Below, in pieces: positions 26,001-36,555 of a stretch of 64,000 nucleotides of DNA. Position 1 is the stretch's first letter, and each line of letters opens with the position of its first letter. This DNA is from Anthoceros angustus (taxonomy: Eukaryota; Plantae; Anthocerotophyta): positions 404,311 through 468,310 of the forward strand of contig VJWM01000179.1 in assembly GCA_010909165.1 (NCBI GenBank), in the 5' to 3' direction. Made by a program: the position numbers and the translations under genes. The notes under the pieces were generated by a model. That model saw only the letters and a list, made by a program, of their open reading frames with translations. It was not told the origin of the DNA and did not search any database.

Positions 26001-27070
26001 GGATTGAAGAAGGAGTGCTTCCCCTATTATGATGATTGACCCTGCAGAGTGCACAGATATTGAACAACTTGATTGAACACGATAATTTTTGAAGGGGGTG
26101 AATAATCTCGAAGGGGGTTTTCTGCAAATAATCTCTGAAGGGGGTTTTTGATGGGCCCTAAAGCAGCGTTTTGAAGGCATTCGGAAAAACGACTCGAAAA
26201 AAGGTGTCACCGGAAAGTTACTACTTTCCATCCGGCAATGTTTGTGTCGAATGGTGGTGCTCGAACCTAGGGAATGATGCAAAGTAGGAGCGGTGAGGAA
26301 GGCCGTTCTGCGGCGGGGCAGTATGGCTTCGATTTTGGGATGGAAATGTGGTTTTGTTATGACACCACAAAAGCCACGAGGTATTTCCCTAACACGAAAC
26401 ATCGACGGACTTACAACATTAACTGGGACCCGGGAAAAAGCAGATTTGATTTCACTCATCCCGAGTTCAATCCATCGTCATCACTTGGTCCGACTTCTCC
26501 TCCATTGTCATCACTATCTTGATGACACTTTCACTCATGAGTTGTATGAACCACGCAACTCATGAGCTTATCCCTTATTTTGTCCACGCATACGGATGTT
26601 TTATCGTTCAACACAAACCCATGTCTGAGGATGGTTGTTTCATTCACAAATACCTCTGTATGTTTTTAGGTAATGGATCTTATTCCCTTTTTCCTCGGCA
26701 TTGGACGGATGGGTTACCACTCTGGCGGACTATGTGTTCTGCACATATCTCCTTCATACGCATCTATGTGCTCGGTCCGATACTAGTGGATAAGAAAGTG
26801 AGGTCGTGGTGCGTTTAGCTTCACGTCAATGACCTCCCAATCCGAATGGCGTATGCGTGTCCGTATTGCAGCCTTTGCCGAAACATCCCCTCGGTTCCGT
26901 TATGTCCCCATTCATCGTGCCATTTCCGATTGCCTTCCGCATTTTGATATGCCCCAAATACATATCACTGTGGGAGGTCCCTCAATAATGCCTCATCTAG
27001 CAAAGCTTCATCCGGCACTTGAAGTGGTGGTGTGTATGATCCACTTACGCGTGAAAACCACTTCCAAGAC
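23012..27070. repeat. Tandem duplication of a ~2.02 kb block (23012-25030 and 25031-~27070)
   Basis: The copies are colinear and the junction lies at the shared TCCAAG(G)AC. Differences are mostly small indels. Confidence 0.92.
25730..26290 (+). pseudogene. Degenerate coding fragment, possibly ParB/Srx-like domain (second copy at ~23715-24260)
   Basis: PETVLVKLENLRPALFLTPDAQIRKVDEAWANYLARVIAKG..PLLMMID..WALK resembles a ParB N-terminal pattern, but the GxH motif is not cleanly recoverable. Confidence 0.35.
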
Positions 27071-28761
27071 AGCACTAGCCCAATGTTATTCTCCACAATG
27101 ATAGCAATCTCCTTCCGGTCCACCCAAAAGGCTTCCCACCACTTATACTCTTCAGTCACCTATGGGCGCAAATCTTTTAACCCTTCACACAAATGGGCCA
27201 CACCTTCCATCGGTGATAGGATACAGTTCCTTCTTGTCCCCCTAGCTTCACCGTATGCATAGGATGGTGCTAAGGGAGGCGCGGCCAACCGGCGCCCTCC
27301 CCAAAGATGCTCATGGGCCGGCCGGCCTCCCCTAACACACCCTACCCATGGCGGCCGTGGCCGCCACCCCGGCCTTAGTTCTCTCCACCAAGTAATGGCG
27401 CTCTTCTCCCGAGGTGGTGGGCCCCATCGCCCTTGCCTCGCGCCATGACCCATCCCATGTCCATAGCACCTGTCTAGGTGAATATACGTGTGATATACTA
27501 TACCATACACGGCAACCCGTGGCGGCTGCGTCGTTCATGGCTCCGGTTTGTGGAATGGCGGTTGGGGTTCATTTTAAGCGCGAACGTGCCCTAATCGGCC
27601 GCGAATCGGACACAATCCAGTTTGTCCAAAATCAAACGTGTTCCCAACATTGGGAACGTGTATCACGACACAAGCTTGGCCGCACGCATGCCGCGATCTC
27701 TTCGTGGTGTGAGCATGAATTGCATCGGACTTTCGCTGGCGGGCGGCGTGGAGATCAGGTGGAACCAATGTGTTCAATGGAAGGCTTGTCCATCTGCATT
27801 GCCAATGGAATTGTTTCGATTTCGAGAATGGTGAGGTGAAGAGCTTGAAGGCTGTAATTTCTACGATGCTCCACGCTCACGTCTGCGGAAGATGGTGAGA
27901 CACAGCAGCGGGCGCCATCCAACACTGGCTCAAGCATTCGCAAGGCTCCTTGAAGGATCTGTTTACCTCGTAACTTTGCATTCTTACGCATATTGCAATT
28001 TCATTCATCTGAAATGGCATGACCCTTTGTGAGCAAGGATCTAAGGCTGTTATGTCTACAATCGCCCCGGACTTTGTGAGTATGGATACATGCCCTCTGC
28101 GACTTCGATTGTTGGGCATTTGAGAAGAAGATTTGATGGTTGCCCTCGAAGCCTTTGTGAAGATGGTTACTGAATGTCAAAATAGCCTCGTTTCACAGGA
28201 TAGAGTGGACGATTTTCTTGCGAGAACTCTGTTCCCCACAACGCTTGTAAGGCGTAATGTCAACGGTCCACGGACCCGTGTCGTCTGCCTAATTCACCAA
28301 GCTCATATATTAAATATGAATGTGCTTACGGACCACAAGATTTTCTTACGGTGTGGAGCCTTTCATTGATGTGACAAACCGTCAAAAAGGGGAAAGGCGC
28401 GCCGTCACGCATGAAGCCGATAGGAAAAGGGGTGTAAATTCCAGTTCTTCATCGATTATTGCAATGGCGGGAATTGCAGAGAATCAATTCAATGGCACCA
28501 CATAGACATGAATGGTGATTTACGCCATGGTTTGTTAGCTCTTGATGCCCTAATGTTTCTCTTGCTCTGTTTTATCTATGGCAAAGCGGAATGGGTAAAG
28601 CACAAGCTCTTATGCCGGTGACCAATTACCAAATTATGTGTGATCATGAGGAGGATGTGTATCGCAGAAGAAGGACAACCCAAGATGCCACTTGGTCCGG
28701 ATGATTTCTTATTGCCCAAGGATATAAGAAACATACAGAGCTTGATTGCAGGACATGGAGA

Positions 28762-29373
28762 TTGCATCATCTTGATGAGGAAAGTGTGAGAATATGGATG
28801 GACTTACACAAGCATGAGATTTTCTTTTCTTCCTTCAGCTCTAAGTCTACTGACGGGTGTCACTTTGCACTGGGTATTCAGACACCATTTCAGCACTCAT
28901 GTATGTTGAGGTGGGGCCATAACTCGATTGTCTCTATGGATGCCACGTTCAGGACTAACAAATGGAAATTTCAGTTGTTTACAGTGTTGGTCTTCGATGA
29001 CCACATGAACGGGCTACCAGCGGCATGGATCATTTCTGACAACGGCACTGCTGACAATATTAGTGCATGGCTGGGGGCTTTAAAGCAGATGTTGGAGAAG
29101 TCGATCCAGTGGAAGCCCAATGCTTTCTTGGTGGGTGATTGCCAAGCCGAGATTAACGCTATCGACAAGTATTCGGCTCTAACATGTTGGTGTTTTTGTT
29201 TGTGGCATGTGCGCCGTGCTTGGTTGAGACAACTCATAAAGAAGGTGAAAAATAAAGTCGGAGGCGAGATGATGAGCACACTTGGTAAAATTATGTATAT
29301 GGAGGAGCAAGGCTGCGGTATGGAGAAAGTGCGGGCGGAGCTTGACGCATTCTACTCGACATACGCAATATGA
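28762..29373 (+). pseudogene. MULE transposase DDE domain (part of a frameshifted gene, ~27750-30325)
   Basis: SMDATFRTN..QLFTVLVFDD..GLPAAW; FLVGDCQAEINAI; FCLWHVRRAW. Confidence 0.9.
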
Positions 29374-29762
29374 GCCCAATTTGTGACTTATTTTAAGCGG
29401 CAATGGGCGATTATGACTATGTGGATCAAAGCTGGAAGTCCCACATGCTGGCCAAGAGGCGCATAGAAGCCTACCACCAGCACTTGAAATTCGGATGTCG
29501 CTAACGAAGAAGCGGCTTACGGTGAGCGTTTAGATTGGTTACTTCATATCCTTGTGGATGAAGTCAATCGGCATTTTGGTTCCAATCACAATGCAAGTTG
29601 CTGAATATTGTTCACAACACCAAGTTGAGAGACTTGTGCACCATGCAATTACTAAGGCACTGCAAATTCCAAATGTGGATGTCACACTCCCGACAACGGA
29701 TAATGCTTCAGCATACGTTAAAAGTCGAAGGCACTTAACGGGTCAGTGAGTCGAGGTGCTAA

Positions 29763-30080
29763 ATGGTGGAAGGCGGTGGGGCTTGCAACTGCAAACAAGG
29801 ATTGAATGGCTTTGTTTGCAAACATCAAGTGAAGGTTTTGCTGATGTTAAATCGAATGACAGCTACACAGATGCTTGTGCACAAACTGATGGATATGTCG
29901 AAGGAACATGGTACTGATAATTTCAATTTGGCAAGTCAGGTCATGCACACAACAAGTTATGAGGAGCCTGCAGTGAATGTTTGCCAGGATGGGCATGAAC
30001 TACGCTGCCCCAAACAGGATGTTGTCCAAGAAGGGCCCCAAGTACCTTGCCTGAACCAGGTGTCCAGTCCATGGACGTGA
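29763..30080 (+). pseudogene. SWIM zinc-finger segment of the MULE transposase
   Basis: CNCKQGLNGFVCKHQVKV fits CxCxnCxH. Confidence 0.85.
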
Positions 30081-30546
30081 GTTGGGCAGAGATTAGGGGA
30101 ATGGTGGAGAAGTGGCCACAGTTAGAAAATCATGTTGCTGCCATGATGGGACAATTAGTAAGGCAGGTCCAAGGGTTGGGCGCTGATCTTCATCTTCACC
30201 AGTTGCATGAAACACCAATTCTACACCACAATCCTGCTCATACAGACAATTCTCTTAAACGGAAAAGCCTTTTGGGAAACGGGAGGAGTCGGCAGAGGAA
30301 GAACGGCCCCAAGATCAGAAAGTGAAATTCCAGTAGGTCAAACATACAACTGCCTATAGTTCCTAGGCCTTAGCACATAGAACTGCCTATAGCTCCGAGG
30401 CTAAGCTTAGAAAGTTGTGCGAACATGGCAGCCTAAGTTACTGAGCCTTGGAATTTTGCTCTACAGTCTTGGATGTTCTCCTCTCAGTTGTATGTTTCAC
30501 CATTTTTGCCAGTCAGCGTGGAACATGAGCTATCAGAGTCACGCTC

Positions 30547-30686
30547 CGTCTGCCGATAAGAGTCCGATCCCATGCGCTCCAAGAGGTGGAGGCCCCGTCG
30601 CGTTGCCAAGCGGACGTCTGCCGATAAGAGTCCGATCCCATGCGCTCCAAGAAGAGGTGGAGGCCCCGTCGCGTTGCCAAGCGGAT
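30547..30686 (+). repeat. ~69 bp tandem duplication adjacent to the right TIR
   Basis: cgtctgccgataagagtccgatcccatgcgctccaag..gaggtggaggccccgtcgcgttgccaagcgga occurs twice. Confidence 0.92.
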
Positions 30687-31739
30687 TGTGTCGATTTGCG
30701 GCCGTTTAAAATGTGGCTGTTTGGCGAACTGATTAGGGCACGTTTCGCGCTTAAAATGAACCCCAACCGCCATTCCACAAACCGGAGCCATGAGCACGCA
30801 GGCCGCTACGGGTTGCCGTGTATGGTATAGTATGCGCTCATACGTGTATTCACCTAGACAGTGCTATGGACATGGGATGGGTCATGGCGAGGCAAGGCTA
30901 GGCGATGGGGCCCACCACCTCGGGAGAAGGCGCCATTACTTTGCGGGGAGAACTAGCCTCCGGTCCCAAACGCCGCCTGGGCGGCCCGGCAGCGCCCTCC
31001 CCTAACACACCACCACCCATGGGCGGCCGTGCGTCCTCCCCCCCTGCCGCATGGGCTGGCCGGCAGCGCCCTCCTCTTAGGCTGTTTTCTAGAAAATAAA
31101 TATTTAGCGCCTCAAGAGTATTACAACCATGGACAGTTGGTCTAGTGTTTGGGAAATAAGTGTTGTGACGAATAGGTTTCGTGTTCAAATCTCATGCCTC
31201 CTCAACAATTTAATTTTGTTGATTTTAAGGATGCTTGCATGGGCGCATGGGCAACTAACTTTGTTCATTTTAAGGACGCTGGCATTGCCTTAAAGCCCAA
31301 GTGGTTGCATTGAGTGCGGAAGGTTGAAGACCACGGTGGCGACCTTTTGGATGAGGGTCGGCGGACCCTAGATCTTTGTGGCGATCGACACGTGAGTGGG
31401 CCAAGAATGATACTATTGAAGGCGAGCAAGCAATGGAGAGAAACGACAAAGGCGGAGGATATGGACCGCCTCGAATATGGCGGTGGTACTTGACTCGATT
31501 TGGCGCAAGGCATGGATGAGTCGCCAGCCGCACTCTTGAATGACTATTGTCGATCGATGACCACTTCCTCCTTTTTGATTGTTTGTTGCAATGTTCTCAC
31601 GACCAAAATGAGACTCCGCTAGAATGCATTGTTTTCATTGTGTTCCACCACTTGAAAGTAAAAGTTTTCGGTTGTAATAAACATATGAAAATGGCAGCCC
31701 TCTATGCATTCTACTAAAAGCATAAGCGGGCCCACACCC

Positions 31740-33849
31740 TCATGCTCCAGGTTCGGGTGTAGACTTGAAGAGCATCTTTTATCAAAGGTATGACCTCGAG
31801 AAAGGGTGTGTGCATTATCAAAGTAGGGCACATATCTTTGTTCTAGGTAAGGTGTTCTTCGTGACAAGTCTTTTGTCTCGGCGAAGGGGTCGATATCCCC
31901 TTCAAAAATTATCGTGTTATTGGAAAAGGTTTAGAGTGAAGAAGTATGTGATGGGCGTACTGCGAGGGAATCATACCTGCGCCCATGCGATCCTGATCGA
32001 GAAGGCCCGTCGTGGATCGAAGCCCATGTGTATTGTGGCCTAACTGTCACTGAGATGAGGATTCTGGCCACCGATCACAACCAGATGGCGGACAAGCAGA
32101 AAAAGATAATTTTATTGAGCAGGTTCGGTATCTGAGGGATGAGTTGCAGATAGCTAAGCGAGATCACGTCAGCATGACCATGAACTGGAAATTCAATCTA
32201 TACAAGGTGCTAGGTTTGATTGAAGACGACGAAGGCCGAGAAGATGAGCAGTACAAGCAGAACAAGGTCGACAACAGAACCCACATACTCTGCATTTCAA
32301 AACTAGAGGGCAAGGTATGGGAAAATGTAGATAAAATTTTTTCCAAGTGGGAAACTGGTGAGCTACTGGAGCAGGCGAAGCATGTCGCAGCAGGAACAAG
32401 CAAAAAGAGCAAAGGCAAGAGGAAAGCAACCGACGACACAAAACAGGTTGATGGAGTTTTTGTGAACCCCAAAGAAATGCAGGGGAAGCCGTGGCGAAGC
32501 TTTCAAGGTGTCCCACATGGACAGCCAGGACAACAGATGCTGATAAGTTCAACAGAGAAAGTACTAACTGGCCTCCTGGATCTGAACGGAATGGCGAAGG
32601 AAGTTACCCTTCGGAAGAAATTTCATGTCATACAGGTGGCAATGGCTAAACATCTGGCTTGTGACTCCTTCGAAATGGTGAGACAAGAATACCCTCAACA
32701 CTCTTCACACGAAGTTATTGCCAGATTTCAAACCGCTTTTGAGGGCAATGTAAACATATTTCCTTCCATTATTTGCAAGATCCTCGAGGCGCGGCATGCG
32801 GCTTCCCTCTCATGCCATGGCCTTGCACTGTCACACGCTAACCCATTTCGTTTGACACCCATTCAGCAAATTAAAGATGTTGAGGACCTGAAGAAGCTAC
32901 CTGAAGATTTTCAAGCCTTTATTCTCGAGGTTCATACATGGAAGGGACTCGAAAATGAGCAAAGAGAGCTAGCTGATATGGACATGGAGGAGGGGCTTCA
33001 ATCCTTCACAGTGCCAAAAACAGAGGATATTGTGAAGTACCAGGTCATTGCAAGAGATGCAGCAGACATGAGGGGGTTCCTCAGGATCCGCAAGTACACT
33101 CTGATGATCATGGATGTGCCCCGAGGATTCAACAAAGGTAAACATGATGTCAAGTTAGATCTCTTTCAATTGGGAAAAATGTTTCACTCGTTCCACGACA
33201 TGACCAGCTGCCAGGAGATGAGAATGATAGTGATGCATGAGGTTGAAGAGCAGCATGTCGTCAGGGAGGCAATGCGAAAGTGCTGCAGAGGAGGGGGGCT
33301 GGTGTCTTTTGTATGGGACAAAGCGAATATACTGACTTTGGTGGCTACGACACTATGGAGTATGCGTCACAATAGGATGGGGTTAACATTTGTGACCAAA
33401 GGTCAAAAGTCTCCATGATCCCTACTGACATTCATGGGTCTTTCAATAATGGGCGAGCAGTCATTGCCCACCCTACAATGGTGAAAAAGTTGTTGTACAC
33501 ATCATTGGACAAGCTGGTGGTATGTGCTTATCAACGGCCTTTGTCTTTGATGATGAAGCTCATCAAAAGTTTCTCCAAGGAGGGGGACTGGATTTTGGAT
33601 GTTTGTGCTGGTAGTGGGTCAACAACATTGGCTGCTTTGCTTTGCGGGCGCAACTGCATTGCAATCGAGGTGGACAAAAGGTGCGCAGAGTTCATTCCCC
33701 AGAGAATCCATGGCTATGAAGTGCTCCCGGACGCAGAAGAGGAGTTGAATCACGAGCCACATCGGCGAGGACCGACCCAGTTCTGGGCAAAAGAGGTGAG
33801 TCTATCGAGAAGGATGGGTCGCGCGGGTTGTGCGTTTGGCCCCAAGTAA
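31740..33849 (+). CDS. ParB-like domain + beta-class amino-DNA methyltransferase (N4-cytosine/N6-adenine family), several frameshifts; true start uncertain
   Basis: ParB-like YVMGVLRGNH...AHVYCGLTVTEMRILATDHN (31940-32085). Motif IV-like YTLMIMDVPRG (DVPR at 33113). C-terminal YQRPLSLMMKLIKSFSKEGDWILDVCAGSGSTTLAALLCGRNCIAIEVD. Confidence 0.8.
33415..33849 (+). CDS. SAM-binding C-terminal part of an N6_N4_Mtase-family DNA methylase
   Basis: Close match to the family pattern (H/Y)Q(K/R)PxxLxxxLIxxxSxxGDxVLDxxxGSGTTxxAAxxxGRxxIxxExD. Confidence 0.9.
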   Translation: MIPTDIHGSFNNGRAVIAHPTMVKKLLYTSLDKLVVCAYQRPLSLMMKLIKSFSKEGDWILDVCAGSGSTTLAALLCGRNCIAIEVDKRCAEFIPQRIHGYEVLPDAEEELNHEPHRRGPTQFWAKEVSLSRRMGRAGCAFGPK

Positions 33850-35102
33850 GGAGAAGTCCGCGACCTCCTTGACGTTGGGCGGACCTTGGCCTGTGTGGCC
33901 CCAAACGACTCCATCGGGCCGGAGAAGACCATTCCATCAAGATAATGCCATGGAGGAAATTGACAACTTTGAAGACACGGAGCACGCTCGCCTGAAAGGA
34001 CTGGAAGTTGTTATGGATAGCGTGTCTGGACAATGTCCTCCAGATACTCAAACCGGCATGGATGACCATTGTCCTTAGGCTCGACAGTCCAGCTCTCTTA
34101 AGCCATAGACATGTGTGGAACATTATAATCGGAGAGTAGTCGCCGTCATGCCGGCGCCGTCCTCTGCTTTCCTTCTCGCAACATGCATTAAGAACATTGT
34201 TTTCGAGTTCGCCATATTAGTCATTTCGATAATTTACTGGATAAGGGCCCGGGCCCGTATCGGCCGGAAATATCCGTACTGCTGCTCGCGTCCTTCCAAC
34301 CACACACATAATCCGCTGTTTTGGTTACTGTAGAGAAATAACAGAAGCGGCTTCTTTTCTGTGGGAAGCGGCTTTGTATATTGAGCCCCTTCAAATATTA
34401 TCGTGTTACTTTTCTAGGCTTGGTACTGAACCTTCTTCCCATCTACCATTCTCTTTTTACTTTTGCCCTATGGAATATCAAGTTTTACATAGTCGTTACT
34501 ACTAATACGCCCATCAATACAACCACACATAAATACCCATATCAATACGTTCTTCGTACTATACGTGTATCATTTACGATGACATATACGGTATCACATT
34601 TTCAATGATATATGTTCATATTATATTTTGTATGTAATAAATATGTATGTCATATGAGTTACGTACGTATGCTGGTCTGTACATGTTTATTTTTCTCTAT
34701 CCACTGCCTCCTAAAAAGGCACATCTTGAATTTCATCGATTGCCTCCTCTTCTGCCTCCATGTTCTCCTCTGCATCACCGCCATTACGTGTCCCCCCCAC
34801 GGCCATGAACTGTCGACTTCCCCTCGCTTTTTTTCAACGCACCTAAATGTTCCCCCTCTAGTCCTCCCTCCTTCTCTCTCCCCCTAGACAACTGCCTCAT
34901 GTCTTCTGGCACCTTTTGCCCTGCCTCAACCATGGTCATTGTTGGTGATGTGCACAAGGCGAGGCTGGACTCTTAGAAGATAAGAGGCGATTTTTGGTTT
35001 TCTTTAGTGTGGGTGTGGAAAATAAGACGAAAAAAGGGAAATAAGGTTGAATAGGGGGAATTGCGATGGACAAGAGGATAGGAGAAGGCGACCGAAGCAG
35101 GC

Positions 35103-35200
35103 CACTCCGGACTAACTCCGGAGCAACACACTCCGGACTAACCCGGAGCATGACACTTCGGACTAACCCGGAGCATGACACTTCGGACTAAACTCCGGAG
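35103..35200. repeat. Four tandem 25-26 bp units, each a CTCCGG-n5/7-CCGGAG hairpin
   Basis: Units start at 35103, 35129, 35154 and 35179. Confidence 0.92.
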
Positions 35201-35399
35201 TAGGTCACGGTAAGTCCGCTGGGAAACGTAACTGCGAAAAAGGGGTGGAGCGTAATAAGCAAGAGGGGGCCACGTGTACGATGCTGAGAGGAGGACGGGG
35301 ATGCAGGGGACCACGACCGGAGAGTTGTCAGCGGCCGTTATAGGCAGGTAACCACGACCCAAGGACATGCTAGGAGCGCAGGAATCAGAGGGCCGCCCG

Positions 35400-36340
35400 A
35401 ATGCACTTTATTGTTTGGGATATGTTGGATGGTTTAATTTTTTTGCAGATGTAAAATGTTTTGAACTTGTAGAATTTGTTCAGAATGTTAATATGTGAAA
35501 TGATATTTGTTGAAATTGTGAGTCCATGGACTGATATTTGTTAGAACTGTGAGTTTACAGATTGGAACTTGTTGGATTTGTGAATTTGCAAACTGGAATT
35601 TGTTAGAATTGTGAGTCTGCGGATTAAAATTTGTTGGAATTTTGAATCTGCAAACTATAGTTTGTTGGAATTCTGAATCTATGGAATAGAATTCGTTGAG
35701 ATTGTAAGTCTCTGGATTGGAATTTGTTGAGATTATGAGTCTGCGAACTAGAATATGTTATAATTGCTAGTTTGCGGATTAAATTTTTTTGGAGTTGTTA
35801 GTCTACGAATTGGAATTTGTTAGAATTGTTAGCCTGCGGAATAGAATTTATTACATTTGTTTGCTTGCACATTGGAAGTTATTGGAATGGTTTGCTTGGG
35901 CATTGAAATTGTTTGTCTACACATTGATATTTATTAGAATTGTTTTTTTGCACATTGAAATTTGTTGGAATTGTTTTTCAGAACATTAGAATTGTTTCCT
36001 TGCATACTAAGATTTGCGGAAGTTGAATCCTTGCATACCTAAATTTGTTGCAACTGTTTGCTCGCACGATGGAAACTTATTCAAATTGTTTGTTCATGCA
36101 ATGGAATTTGTTGAAATTGATTTTTTGCATACGAGAATTTGTTAAAATTGATTGCACAATAGAATTTGTTGGAATTGATTGCATGCACTATTGAGTTTGT
36201 TGAAATTGATTGCATGCACACTTGAGTTCATGGGAATTGATTCAATGCACGCTTGAGTTCATTAGAATTGATTGCATGCATAATTGAATTGATTGCATGT
36301 ACAATGAAATTTATTTCAACTGTTTGGCCTCAAATTGGAA
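35400..36340. repeat. Degenerate AT-rich tandem repeat (GGAATTTGTT(A/G)GAATTG..., ~30-40 bp units)
   Basis: The motif atttgtt(g/a)(g/a)aatt recurs many times over ~900 bp. Confidence 0.75.
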
Positions 36341-36555
36341 TTTTTGAGAATTGCTTGCTTTTGTCACATCCAATACAATTTGAAAACCTTAAAAAAAGAA
36401 TCAATTGGAACTCTTATGATATGTATGGATGATACTCAAGATAATTCTACATTCTGACCTGACGAAGTACCTACGTTACCTTTTCCTCATAGCTAGAAAG
36501 GAGATAGAGGTTTGTTGATAGTAGGGACGCAAAACATTTCAGCAAGCTAGAGACT

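Larger units (their letters stand above)
27269..31082 (+). mobile_element. Mutator-like (MULE) DNA transposon with long terminal inverted repeats
   Basis: Inverted repeat 27375-27618 vs 30683-30956, inverted outer ends (ctaagggaggcgc / gcgccctcctcttag), and internal MULE and SWIM coding sequence. No TSD was recognised. Confidence 0.85.

Noticed and set aside
31740-33849. Bacterial contamination as the source of the methyltransferase
   Set aside because: It is contiguous with plant-type TEs and intron-containing genes and has no operon-like bacterial neighbours. A chimeric assembly cannot be fully excluded without reads.
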